A stretch of 64,000 nucleotides of DNA, from positions 89,270 through 153,269 of the forward strand of contig CALXXV010000006.1 in the NCBI GenBank assembly GCA_944392775.1, read 5' to 3'. The stretch comes from an uncultured Alphaproteobacteria bacterium. GTDB taxonomy: Bacteria > Pseudomonadota > Alphaproteobacteria > Rs-D84. This document shows, in pieces, positions 38,207 through 47,851 of the stretch (position 1 is its first letter; each line of letters opens with the position of its first letter). Under the pieces are notes generated by a model that did no database searches, was not told the origin of the DNA, and saw nothing but the letters and a program-made list of their open reading frames with translations. A program made the translations under genes and the position numbers.

Positions 38207-39063
38207 ACTACATAGAAATTTTTTTGGAAGCTTTATCAGCAGAAAAAGGTCGCAGCCCCAAAACCTTAGAAAGTTATGCGAATGATTTATACCATGCAAA
38301 CGAACAAATTTCAAAAGGTTTAATCGGTGCAACCAGTGCAGATATACAAAAATATTTATCCGAGCTACCAGACAAGGCATCTTCTATTGCCAGGAAAGCC
38401 AGTGCTTTAAGAGGCTTTTATAAATTTTTAATGCTAGAAAAAATAATTTCAGAAAATCCCGCAAATAACATAGAACTGCCGAAACGTGTACGTACACTAC
38501 CTAAATTTCTATCTGTTGAAGAAATTGAATTACTAATATCTTCTGCTGGTGACATAAAAAACTCTATTAGGCTACGAGCTATGATAGAATTATTATATGC
38601 ATCTGGATTACGTGTATCAGAATTATGTGAATTACCTATGACAGCATATCTTGGCGACAAATTATTAATTCATGGTAAAGGTGCAAAAGAAAGATTCGTT
38701 CCCATACACGAGCGTGCCAAACAAGCTTTGGAAAAATGGTTATCTATAAGAGATGCGGATAAATCAAAATACATTTTTCCGTCTAACAGCAAAACAGGTC
38801 ATATAACAAGAGACGGTTTTTTTAAAATATTAAAAAAATGTGCCGTATTATCAGGGATAGATCCACACAGGGTCAGTCCGCACGTACTACGTCATTCTTT
38901 CGCCTCACATTTACTTGCAGGTGGCGCAAACTTACGTGCGATACAAACAATGCTAGGCCACGAAGATATATCTACAACCCAAATATATACTCATGTATTG
39001 CCGGAACAACTGCGCGAAGCGGTACAAAAACACCATCCCTTAGGTCAGAAAAAGGATTTTTAA
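38203..39063 (+). CDS. xerD: tyrosine recombinase XerD/XerC family
   Basis: Catalytic region RHSFASHLL...LGHEDISTTQIYTHV with the R..H..R..Y tetrad. Confidence 0.85.
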   Translation: MNYIEIFLEALSAEKGRSPKTLESYANDLYHANEQISKGLIGATSADIQKYLSELPDKASSIARKASALRGFYKFLMLEKIISENPANNIELPKRVRTLPKFLSVEEIELLISSAGDIKNSIRLRAMIELLYASGLRVSELCELPMTAYLGDKLLIHGKGAKERFVPIHERAKQALEKWLSIRDADKSKYIFPSNSKTGHITRDGFFKILKKCAVLSGIDPHRVSPHVLRHSFASHLLAGGANLRAIQTMLGHEDISTTQIYTHVLPEQLREAVQKHHPLGQKKDF

Positions 39064-39065
39064 AT

Positions 39066-39569
39066 ATGATAAAAAAATGCGATCATCCTGGCTGCACAAA
39101 AGCCGGCACATGTCGTGCCCCCAAAACAAGAGAATTAAAAGATTATTGGTTCTTTTGCAAAGAACATGCTGCAGAATATAACAAGAATTGGAATTATTAT
39201 GCGGATATGACCCCAGAAGAAATAGAAGCCGATTGGGAACGCCAAACATTCGGTGCACCATTAAAAGATAAAAACAAAGCTAACGCAGACGAAGCAGAAT
39301 ACGTAAACTTTCTAAACGATTTTATAATGGGGCGTGGTATATTTGATAAAATGCCACCTAAAAGCAAACTACCGACGAATGTTATTTCTGCATTAAAAAC
39401 ATTTGAATTACCGATAAGCACATCATGGCGTGAAATTTCTGCAAAATACCGTACACTTGCAAAAAGGTATCACCCAGATACCGCATCTGAAAAGGACAAA
39501 GCAACAATAGAATTTACAAAAATTTCTGCTGCATATGAAATTCTAAAAAAACATTTCGGAAAGAAATAA
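39066..39569 (+). CDS. J-domain protein with N-terminal Cys-rich (zinc-ribbon-like) segment
   Basis: C-terminal J domain YRTLAKRYHPDTASEKD (HPD). N-terminal CDHPGC...C...FCKEH. The listed ORF is over-extended into xerD. Confidence 0.7.
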   Translation: MIKKCDHPGCTKAGTCRAPKTRELKDYWFFCKEHAAEYNKNWNYYADMTPEEIEADWERQTFGAPLKDKNKANADEAEYVNFLNDFIMGRGIFDKMPPKSKLPTNVISALKTFELPISTSWREISAKYRTLAKRYHPDTASEKDKATIEFTKISAAYEILKKHFGKK

Positions 39570-39571
39570 AA

Positions 39572-39595
39572 AGGTCTGTAAAACAGACCTTTTTA
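39572..39595. terminator. bidirectional rho-independent terminator (J-domain gene / trxB)
   Basis: AAAAAGGTCTGTAAAACAGACCTTTTTACT: 7-bp stem and 5-nt loop. Confidence 0.65.
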
Positions 39596-40507
39596 CTAAC
39601 CTCGTGAATTTAGATATGCAATTGCATCCATAGCCGCACTACAACCTGTACCTACTGCAGTTGCAATTTGCATTTTTATTTCGGACTGAACATCACCTGC
39701 AACAAAAATACCTTCTGGCATTTCTGCTGGTATCAAACGTCCCATATTATCACGACGAACATCTTCTGTTAAATAATCTGTATTCGCCTCGTGCCCTATT
39801 GCAACAAATAATCCATCACAAACAATTTCTTTATCATCTGTAGTTGTCACAACCAATCTGTCAGAATCTGGCAAGGCTGCGATTTTCTTTAAGTCCGTAT
39901 TAAATAAGCATTCGATATTTTCACGTTCCGCAACACGATTACGCAAAACCGCCTCTGCCCGCGTAAAAGCACCTTTACGATAAACAATTTTTACACTTTT
40001 TGCGATATCTGCCAAATACAACGCATCATTTAAAGCGGAATTTCCGCCACCCATAACAATGACATCTTTATAAGCATAGAAAAATCCATCACAAGTTGCG
40101 CAATAAGAAACACCCTTGCCAAAGAATTCTTTTGCACCTTCTATTTCAAGTTTACGCGGGGAAGCACCCGTCGCAATTATGACAGTTTTACCAACATACC
40201 TATTTCCATCATCCGCTAAAATATTAAAAGCACTTTCTGCATCACCAGAAATATTTTTTGCAGAAGTAAATATAATTTCTGCGCCAAAAGTCTCTGCCTG
40301 ATTTTTCATAAACTCTGCTAATTCTAAACCACTACCTTTCCAACCTGGGTAATTTTCCAAAACTGCGATTCCGGCAGTTTGTCCCCCTAACCTGTCACCA
40401 CCAAGGACAAGGGTTTTCTTTCCTGCGCGTGCACAATAAAGCGCAGCAGTAAGCCCAGCAGGACCGGAACCTAAAATTATAACATCATGCATAACAATAT
40501 CTGTCAT
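39596..40507 (-). CDS. trxB: thioredoxin-disulfide reductase
   Basis: FAD site ILGSGPAG, redox site CATCDG and an NADPH site. ATG verified at 40505-40507. The listed start is TTG. Confidence 0.9.
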   Translation of the reverse strand: MTDIVMHDVIILGSGPAGLTAALYCARAGKKTLVLGGDRLGGQTAGIAVLENYPGWKGSGLELAEFMKNQAETFGAEIIFTSAKNISGDAESAFNILADDGNRYVGKTVIIATGASPRKLEIEGAKEFFGKGVSYCATCDGFFYAYKDVIVMGGGNSALNDALYLADIAKSVKIVYRKGAFTRAEAVLRNRVAERENIECLFNTDLKKIAALPDSDRLVVTTTDDKEIVCDGLFVAIGHEANTDYLTEDVRRDNMGRLIPAEMPEGIFVAGDVQSEIKMQIATAVGTGCSAAMDAIAYLNSRG

Positions 40508-40783
40508 AAAAAATCTCCTAGTTATCTTTTCGGGGCTTAGCATAACACAATCACTTTGGTGGCGCAATTTTTTTCTCTTATGCCAGAAAACCTCATTTTT
40601 TATTGATTTTTTTCAGTCAATATTTTATGATTTATATTGTTATGATAAAAGAGTATTATTTTTTAAGTTCTTACTCATCCCCTTTTGGGGTACGTTTCAA
40701 TTATTAATTCATAAAATGTCGCGATTCACATCGCAAAATAAAATTTCTTATATAAAAACAAATAACAAATTAAGGACATAACC

Positions 40784-42067
40784 ATGTTAGACATTCGATT
40801 TATTCGTGAAAATCCGGACACAGTAAAAAATGCGTGTAAAGTAAAAGGCTTTGAAGATCACGTAGACGAAATCTTAGACTTAGACACGCGCGTAAGAGAA
40901 CTAAAAACAATTACTCAAACAAAAACCGCGGAAAAGAATAAAATTACTCGTGAAATTCCGACTGCTACAGATAAAGCACCATTAATCGCAGAATCAAAAA
41001 AAATAGGTGAAGAAATCGCTGCAGATTTAGCAGAACTTGCCGAGAAAGAAGAAAAACTAAATGATTTATTACATCGCGTTCCACAAATTCCCAGCCCAGA
41101 TGCACCAATTGGCGCAGATGACAGTGATAATGTTGAAGTACGTCGCGTTGGAGAACCGACAAAATTTGACTTTACGCCCCGCGCACAGTGGGACTTATTA
41201 GACATGAATAATTGGTGGTTACCGGAAAAAATCGGTCAAATTTGTGGTACTCGTACATATTGTTTAATGGGCGAAGCCGCAGAATTGCAACTGGCAATAG
41301 AAACTTATGTTATACAGAAATTAATATCGAAAGGCTTTACATTTATAGAATGCCCTTCCATTACAAAACCCCAAACAATATTTGACGCGGGTCACTTTAT
41401 GGGGTCTGATTTATCTGTAATGAATAACGATGTTTTTATGTTAACGGACACAGATAGGTGCTTAGCTGGTACAGCAGAAATAATTCTAAACTCGCTGCAT
41501 AGTGATGAAATTCTTCCAGAAAATGCGCTACCAATAAAATATGCAGGATTTTCGCCGTGCTTCCGCAAAGAAGCTGGTGCTGCAGGTCGTGACACAAGGG
41601 GGCTAGCAAGATTCCATCAATTTAACAAAGTTGAACAATATATATATTGCAAACCAGAACAATCTGATGAAATGCATGAACATATCTTAAATAACCTTTG
41701 TGAAGTAATGGAAGACTTGGAGTTACCATATCGCGTAATTGCTAATTCGACAGGCGATATGGGCTTTAATAAAGTAAAAATGAACGATGTTGAAGCATGG
41801 GTTCCAAGTGAAAACGCGTACAAAGAACTAGGCAGTTGTTCATCAATTGGCACATTCCAAGCACGCAGAACAAATACTAGATATCGTGAAAATGCAACAG
41901 GTGATGTTAAATTTGTAGCAACATTAAACAATACGGGAATTGCTGTTCCACGTGCATTGGTTCCGGTAATAGAGAACCACCAAAACGCAGACGGATCTGT
42001 AAACATACCAAAGAAATTACAGCCTCTTATGGGTGGCAGAACTAAAATTGGTGGAAAACATCAATAA
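40784..42067 (+). CDS. serS: serine--tRNA ligase
   Basis: N-terminal coiled-coil arm and a class II core (FRKEAGAAGRDTRGL, GTA..R). Confidence 0.9.
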   Translation: MLDIRFIRENPDTVKNACKVKGFEDHVDEILDLDTRVRELKTITQTKTAEKNKITREIPTATDKAPLIAESKKIGEEIAADLAELAEKEEKLNDLLHRVPQIPSPDAPIGADDSDNVEVRRVGEPTKFDFTPRAQWDLLDMNNWWLPEKIGQICGTRTYCLMGEAAELQLAIETYVIQKLISKGFTFIECPSITKPQTIFDAGHFMGSDLSVMNNDVFMLTDTDRCLAGTAEIILNSLHSDEILPENALPIKYAGFSPCFRKEAGAAGRDTRGLARFHQFNKVEQYIYCKPEQSDEMHEHILNNLCEVMEDLELPYRVIANSTGDMGFNKVKMNDVEAWVPSENAYKELGSCSSIGTFQARRTNTRYRENATGDVKFVATLNNTGIAVPRALVPVIENHQNADGSVNIPKKLQPLMGGRTKIGGKHQ

Positions 42068-42070
42068 AAA

Positions 42071-42100
42071 TAATCGGCATATGCCGATTATTTTTATTTT
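42071..42100. terminator. bidirectional rho-independent terminator after serS
   Basis: Perfect 20-nt palindrome TAATCGGCATATGCCGATTA followed by TTTTTATTTT. Confidence 0.7.
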
Positions 42101-42552
42101 TGTCGAAAAGATAATATCAATTCCTTAACCGGCCTAATAAAAATATTAGATTTATGAATTTCTACCAAAGAACGCAATTGTTTTGCAGAAATAATCACTT
42201 TCCTTGCGGACCACTCTGTTAAAACCTTGTTTACAACATTTTTTGATTTGTTATTCTTACTCCAAAATTCAATTTCACTACAAAAATAGTAAAACATATT
42301 ACAAAGTTCCATATCACCATGAAACGCATTTAATGCATAATCAATATTTTTTTTAGCCCCAAAACTTTCATCCCAATTGTTTATCTTTGATAAATTGCCA
42401 ATATAAACTAATGCCCTTCCCGCTGCATAACGTTGATGACGGCTCATATTACGCCACTCTGGCTTTAAACTATTTTTCGCCAATATTCTAAAGCTAGAAA
42501 AGCCACAACTTATCGCGTCATAAACTTCAGAATCTTTTATTTCTTTATTCAT
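42094..42552 (-). CDS. hypothetical protein, paralog B of tandem pair (start at internal ATG)
   Basis: MNKEIKDSEVYDAISCGFSSFRILAKNSLKPEWRNMSRHQRYAAGRALVYIG... shares an N-terminal core of about 45 aa and a FYxFCxxxE(F/Y)W block with the upstream gene. A GAGGT SD precedes the ATG. Confidence 0.5.
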   Translation of the reverse strand: MNKEIKDSEVYDAISCGFSSFRILAKNSLKPEWRNMSRHQRYAAGRALVYIGNLSKINNWDESFGAKKNIDYALNAFHGDMELCNMFYYFCSEIEFWSKNNKSKNVVNKVLTEWSARKVIISAKQLRSLVEIHKSNIFIRPVKELILSFRQK

Positions 42553-42616
42553 ATTTACCTCTATATAAATATAGAATACAAATATAGACAAAAAAATTAA
42601 AACTGTCAAGCGACGG

Positions 42617-43156
42617 TTATTTTTGCTGGGCACGGAAATTTTTCAAAAAAAGCCTTACATAAAAACTAGATTCTTTTGATTTTACACGCGCCGCTAACCG
42701 ATTCGTTTCAGAAAAAATATTATTTTCGACGAAATGCTCTGACACCTCTATAAAACCAGACGAATTTTCTGAAATGCAATCTTCCCAATACTCCACAGTC
42801 TCACAAAATTTATAAAATTCCCTACCCAGTTCATTATTAAAAATGAAAGCCGCTTTTGTATCATTTCTTACGACATCTGCAGGATAATAAACAGAAGCCT
42901 TTCTAAGTTTTTGATCAAGATCTACATGTTTTACATTCTTCTTTATATCCTCTAAAAAATTATCTACTACGATTTTTCGTGACAAATACATTCTTGGATT
43001 TTTAGCCAAACGCCCAATATAAACCAAAGCCCTTCCTGCCGCCCACCGTTGTTGAAGGCTCATATTTTTCCAATTCCTTTCAAGATCTGCCCTTGCCAAT
43101 AACCTAAAATATAAAAAGCCATTTTTTATAGCATTACTAACTTCAGTTTCTTTCAT
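42617..43156 (-). CDS. hypothetical protein, paralog A of tandem pair
   Basis: MKETEVSNAIKNGFLYFRLLARADLERNWKNMSLQQRWAAGRALVYIG...FYKFCETVEYW. No known family recognised. Confidence 0.5.
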   Translation of the reverse strand: MKETEVSNAIKNGFLYFRLLARADLERNWKNMSLQQRWAAGRALVYIGRLAKNPRMYLSRKIVVDNFLEDIKKNVKHVDLDQKLRKASVYYPADVVRNDTKAAFIFNNELGREFYKFCETVEYWEDCISENSSGFIEVSEHFVENNIFSETNRLAARVKSKESSFYVRLFLKNFRAQQK

Positions 43157-43233
43157 TTTAATCTCCCGAAAGGCTTAAATATTACCATTTTATAAAAAAA
43201 TCAACAAAATAAGTTATCATTTGTGCATATTTC

Positions 43234-43259
43234 TTGAAAAATGCAATTTATGGTATACT
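43234..43259 (+). promoter_or_regulatory. putative sigma70-type promoter for typA (TTGAAA - 14 nt - TGgTATACT)
   Basis: Near-consensus -35 and an extended -10 about 45 nt upstream of the typA ATG. The spacer is short, so confidence is low. Confidence 0.25.
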
Positions 43260-43302
43260 CTATATTATTACTAAAAATTATAAATAAATAGGGCAAAATA
43301 TA

Positions 43303-45135
43303 ATGAAAATTCGTAATATTGCAATAATTGCACACGTAGATCATGGAAAAACAACTTTGGTTGACAACATGCTAAAACAAGCGGGAACATTCCGCGACAA
43401 TGAAAAAGTTGCTGAACGCGTTATGGACAGCGGTGATATTGAACGTGAACGTGGCATTACAATTTCTGCAAAACCTACATCTATTTTATGGAACGGTTAT
43501 AAAATTAACATTGTAGACACTCCGGGGCACGCAGATTTTGGCGGTGAAGTAGAACGTATTTTATCTATGGTAGATGGCGTTGTATTGTTGGTTGATTCTG
43601 CCGAAGGTCCACTTCCCCAAACGAAATTCGTATTATCAAAAGCATTAAAATTAGGGCTACGCCCAATTGTTTGCATAAACAAAGTAGATCGCGCAGATGC
43701 ACGTCCTGACGAAGTTTTAACAGAAACGTTTGATTTATTTGATAAATTAGGTGCAACGGATTCCCAATTAGACTTTCCATATTTATATGCGGTTGGTCGT
43801 GATGGTTGGGCTGTTCGTGATTTAAACGACGAACACAAAGATTTAACCCCACTATTTCAATTAATAATAGATCATGTACCTGCTCCAGATTGTAATGGCA
43901 CCCGTTGTCAACTAGACGCACCATTTAAAATGCTTGCAACAACGCTAGAGGCAGACCCATATGTCGGCAGAATTCTAACCGGCAAAATAGAATCAGGAAC
44001 AGTAAAAGTTGGTCAATCCGTCAAAGCGATAAATATGAAAGGTGAATTCATAGAAAACGCTAAAATAACAAAAATTATCGAACATCGCGGGGTTGAAAAA
44101 GTATCATTAGATTCTGCATCTGCAGGTGACATTGTTGTTGTTGCAGGTTTTTCAAAAGCAACAGTGGCAGACACACTTTGCGCACCGGAAGTGACAGAAC
44201 CAATACCAGCGATGCCGATAGACCCACCTACCCTAACAATGACATTCTTTGTAAACACGTCCCCACTTGCTGGTAAGTCAGGTAAAAAACTAACGTCTAG
44301 AATGATTGGTGAAAGATTATTTAAAGAAGCAGAAACAAATATTGCATTACGCGTCACACAAAGTGAAAACAACGAAGCATTTGAAGTATCAGGTCGTGGG
44401 GAATTACAACTTGGTATTTTGATTGAAACAATGCGTCGTGAAGGCTTTGAACTATCTGTATCCCGTCCACGTGTTGTTATGCAAGAAGGCGAAAACGGTG
44501 AAAAGTTAGAACCAATTGAAGAAGTTGTAATCGATGTGGACGATGAATTCAGCGGTGTTGTAATTGAAAAAATGACAAAGCGCAAAGCAACAATTACAGA
44601 AATGAAGGCTTCCGGGAACGGAAAAACACGTATAGTATTTTCTGCACCATCTCGTGGACTTATCGGATATTTATCAGAGTTCCGTACAGACACCAGGGGG
44701 ACAGGTATTATGAACCGTGTCTTTTCAGGATATGAACAATATCGTGGTCCAATACAACAATATAGACCGGGTGTATTAGTATCAATGGAAAATGGTACTG
44801 CCGCAACATATGCATTATTTAACTTGCAACCACGTGGCACATTATTCATCGGTCCACAAACAGAAGTATATTCTGGTATGATTATCGGGGAACACAGTAA
44901 AGAAAATGATTTGGAAGTCAACCCGATAAAAGGTAAAGAATTAACCAATATGCGTTCTGTAACGGCAGATGAAAAGTTATTCTTGGCCCCACCTCGTAAA
45001 ATGTCTTTAGAAGAAGCGCTATCATACATACAAGATGATGAATTAGTAGAAGTCACACCCGCAACAATTCGTTTACGCAAGAAAGAGCTAGATAGTAACA
45101 TTCGTAAAAAAACAAGAAAGAATGTCGAAGAATAA
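43303..45135 (+). CDS. typA: translational GTPase TypA/BipA
   Basis: G-domain AIIAHVDHGKTTL, DTPGHADF, NKVD. TypA-specific C-terminal domain. Confidence 0.9.
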   Translation: MKIRNIAIIAHVDHGKTTLVDNMLKQAGTFRDNEKVAERVMDSGDIERERGITISAKPTSILWNGYKINIVDTPGHADFGGEVERILSMVDGVVLLVDSAEGPLPQTKFVLSKALKLGLRPIVCINKVDRADARPDEVLTETFDLFDKLGATDSQLDFPYLYAVGRDGWAVRDLNDEHKDLTPLFQLIIDHVPAPDCNGTRCQLDAPFKMLATTLEADPYVGRILTGKIESGTVKVGQSVKAINMKGEFIENAKITKIIEHRGVEKVSLDSASAGDIVVVAGFSKATVADTLCAPEVTEPIPAMPIDPPTLTMTFFVNTSPLAGKSGKKLTSRMIGERLFKEAETNIALRVTQSENNEAFEVSGRGELQLGILIETMRREGFELSVSRPRVVMQEGENGEKLEPIEEVVIDVDDEFSGVVIEKMTKRKATITEMKASGNGKTRIVFSAPSRGLIGYLSEFRTDTRGTGIMNRVFSGYEQYRGPIQQYRPGVLVSMENGTAATYALFNLQPRGTLFIGPQTEVYSGMIIGEHSKENDLEVNPIKGKELTNMRSVTADEKLFLAPPRKMSLEEALSYIQDDELVEVTPATIRLRKKELDSNIRKKTRKNVEE

Positions 45136-45973
45136 ACGTTTATTCTTAATTGCTGGATATGATGCACAAAATATAGCAGACGAATCGCTGTTATATTTAG
45201 TGCAAAGCATGGCAAAGTGTGGCGACGTAATTTTATTTATGGATAGCAATTGTGACAAAAACCAACTTTCAAAGTTTGATTCTTTTTGCATTTATGCAGA
45301 TGCAGAACATCATGGGGAATACGATTTCGGTTCTTACAAACGCACATATCAATATGCAAAAGAAAACGATATATTAAATAATTACGATTTTTTATATTTA
45401 ATAAATGATTCTGTATATGGACCGCTATACGACATAGAACCGTATTTAGAGGAAATGGAATCCGCAGGTACAGATGCTTTTGGTTTGGTATGTAATCCGC
45501 ACCCAGAGCATCCTCATATACAATCCTGGTTCATAGGAATGCAAAAATCAGTATTTCTAAGTCCGTGGTTTGATGAATTTATATTATCTGTAAAAAAATT
45601 ATCTGATAAAGGCAGTATTACAAAAGTATATGAACATGGTTTTTCAAAACTTATTACTGCCAATGGATTAAAATGGACATGCTTATATAAAATATCGGGA
45701 CGTGGTATATATAACAACATAAAAAAACTATATAAACAAAAACTTCCTTTTATAAAGAAGTCTTCATTTAAAAGACACAACGGCAGTCTTGGTCGACAAC
45801 TAAATTATGTATTAAGTCATACACCAGAAAATATTAAATCGACAATTTTATTAAATGCAAAGCGTACATGTGGTAAAGAATATATAGACTGGCTTTTAAC
45901 CAAAAATCCGATTAAAATAATATATCGAAACATAACTTATGCCATTCGTAAAATATTTACAGAGGGAATATGA
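45122..45973 (+). CDS. RgpF-like (rhamnan-synthesis F family) glycosyltransferase, putative
   Basis: The pattern ...FLYLINDSVYGPLYD... resembles the rhamnan_synth_F family. Overlaps the typA stop by 14 nt. Confidence 0.45.
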   Translation: MSKNKRLFLIAGYDAQNIADESLLYLVQSMAKCGDVILFMDSNCDKNQLSKFDSFCIYADAEHHGEYDFGSYKRTYQYAKENDILNNYDFLYLINDSVYGPLYDIEPYLEEMESAGTDAFGLVCNPHPEHPHIQSWFIGMQKSVFLSPWFDEFILSVKKLSDKGSITKVYEHGFSKLITANGLKWTCLYKISGRGIYNNIKKLYKQKLPFIKKSSFKRHNGSLGRQLNYVLSHTPENIKSTILLNAKRTCGKEYIDWLLTKNPIKIIYRNITYAIRKIFTEGI

Positions 45974-46818
45974 AAAACAAAAAAACAACTATTAAAAAAA
46001 TTGCTGCTATAACGATGGCTCGCAACGATGAGTTTTTTCTAAACCGCTGGATTTCATATTATGGCAAAGAACTAGGTGAAGAAAATTTATATATATATTT
46101 AGATGGCCTTGAACAAAAAACGCCTAGCAAAGCAGGAAAAACGAACATAAAGAAATTGCCACACAAAGAAGAAGCTGTACAACATGGGGATAAAACAAGA
46201 ATTCTATTACTTTCAAGTTTAGCTAATAAACTATTTAAAAAAGGCTACGATATTGTAATTGGTTGTGATTGTGACGAATTCTTAATTGTTGACCCAGCTT
46301 TAAAAACATCTTTAAAAGAATATTTATCTAAAAAAGACACCCTCTTCTATTCCCTATCTGGTCTTGGACTAGATATTGGACAAGATTTAACAACAGAACC
46401 CGCATTAAAAATGGATAAACCATTTTTAACTCAGCGCAACTATGCATTACTATCAACAAGATATACAAAACCAGTTGTAATGTTAAAACCTACCACATGG
46501 GGCAGCGGATTTCATAGTATCAAAGGACACAATTTCCACATTGATAAAAACTTATATTTACTTCACTTTGGTAGTGTGGATTTAGACATGATAAAAAATA
46601 AAATCGATGATAGAAACCCGTCATGGGAAAAGCATTTAAAAAAGCGCGCCCACACAATTGATATAATAACTAATGCAAAAAATAAAAATAGATCACCAAA
46701 CCTTGCACGCACGTTGCAGACCTTGCTACGCCCTATATACGACATAAACAAGCCTGCCATGTTAGGTCTAAAATGGGTAATCACAATTCCCGATCGTTTT
46801 AAAAAAATAAATATATAA
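45970..46818 (+). CDS. GT-A fold glycosyltransferase-like protein, putative
   Basis: AITMARNDEFFLNRWISYY...LYIYLDG...VIGCDCDEF (DxD-like). Start overlaps the upstream stop (ATGA). Confidence 0.45.
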   Translation: MKNKKTTIKKIAAITMARNDEFFLNRWISYYGKELGEENLYIYLDGLEQKTPSKAGKTNIKKLPHKEEAVQHGDKTRILLLSSLANKLFKKGYDIVIGCDCDEFLIVDPALKTSLKEYLSKKDTLFYSLSGLGLDIGQDLTTEPALKMDKPFLTQRNYALLSTRYTKPVVMLKPTTWGSGFHSIKGHNFHIDKNLYLLHFGSVDLDMIKNKIDDRNPSWEKHLKKRAHTIDIITNAKNKNRSPNLARTLQTLLRPIYDINKPAMLGLKWVITIPDRFKKINI

Positions 46819-46825
46819 AAAGAAA

Positions 46826-47851
46826 TTAGATTTCGTTCTTTATTAATTTTTTTATTCTTTTGAAATATTTTTTTGATCGAAAATTCGGTGGGTTATTAAA
46901 AACGCCCAAATTATAAAGGTTTGAAAAAGCCCTTACTGCAACTTCTAAATCTAGACGATTATCTAAATCTTTTACCTTGCGCATAGCAATGATTATAAAA
47001 GGCCATAAAAATTCTTTTTTATAGTACTTCTGTTCCTTATAAGAAGCGTTACTTAAATAAATAGAATATACCCGCTCTATACCACTAGTAATAGACTCTA
47101 TCATTCTCAAAGCTTTAGAACTATTAAGAATTGAAGTGGCGTTTGGCATATAAAAATACAAAGGTAGTCGTGTCATTATCGTTATCGGGCGTTTTAACAA
47201 TAATTCGCTCCACCAAGGGAAATCTTCCATAATTATTCCCTTTATAAACGACATATCCTTTAATAAATTTTTTCTATACAAACCCAAAACAACGAAACAA
47301 TGTCGACGAACAGGCCTTCTAACAAAAAAACTTCTATTACGCTCTGTACAATGGAACAAAATATTTTTTATATAATAACCATGAATTTTTTTTGTGTTAT
47401 AAACAATATTTCTAGATTGTGGTAAATCTGTATAAAAAATATTTTTATTATTTATTTTTTCTTTTGCTTTATTAAAAAATTTTAAATCATATTGAAACAA
47501 AACCATGTCTGCATTATTCTTTTCTGCCAAAGCAACAGTAATTTCTAATGTCTGTGGATGTATAAAATCATCACTATCCAAATATAAGATAAATTCCCCT
47601 TTAGAAAAAGATAAGCCTACGTTTCTTGCATCAGATAAACCACCATTTTCTTTATTTATTATTTTAAATCTGGCATCTCTTTCTGCATATTCTGCCAATA
47701 TCTTAGCACTGTTATCAGGACTTCCATCATTAACGCATATTGCCTCCCAATCTTTATAACTTTGATTTAATACACTATCTAAACAACGACGCAAATACTT
47801 TTCTACGTTGTATACAGGTATTATTATAGATACTAAAGGTTTATTTAACAT
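46826..47851 (-). CDS. family 2 glycosyltransferase (paralog 2)
   Basis: IIPVYNVEKYLRRCLDSVLNQSY..DWEAICVNDGSPD...YLDSDD: the GT2 signature. Confidence 0.8.
   Translation of the reverse strand: MLNKPLVSIIIPVYNVEKYLRRCLDSVLNQSYKDWEAICVNDGSPDNSAKILAEYAERDARFKIINKENGGLSDARNVGLSFSKGEFILYLDSDDFIHPQTLEITVALAEKNNADMVLFQYDLKFFNKAKEKINNKNIFYTDLPQSRNIVYNTKKIHGYYIKNILFHCTERNRSFFVRRPVRRHCFVVLGLYRKNLLKDMSFIKGIIMEDFPWWSELLLKRPITIMTRLPLYFYMPNATSILNSSKALRMIESITSGIERVYSIYLSNASYKEQKYYKKEFLWPFIIIAMRKVKDLDNRLDLEVAVRAFSNLYNLGVFNNPPNFRSKKYFKRIKKLIKNEI

Noticed and set aside
44013-45215. 400-aa ORF on the minus strand
   Set aside because: It lies entirely antisense to typA. It is low-complexity (Ser/Ile/Phe-rich) with no start context, so it is a spurious shadow ORF.
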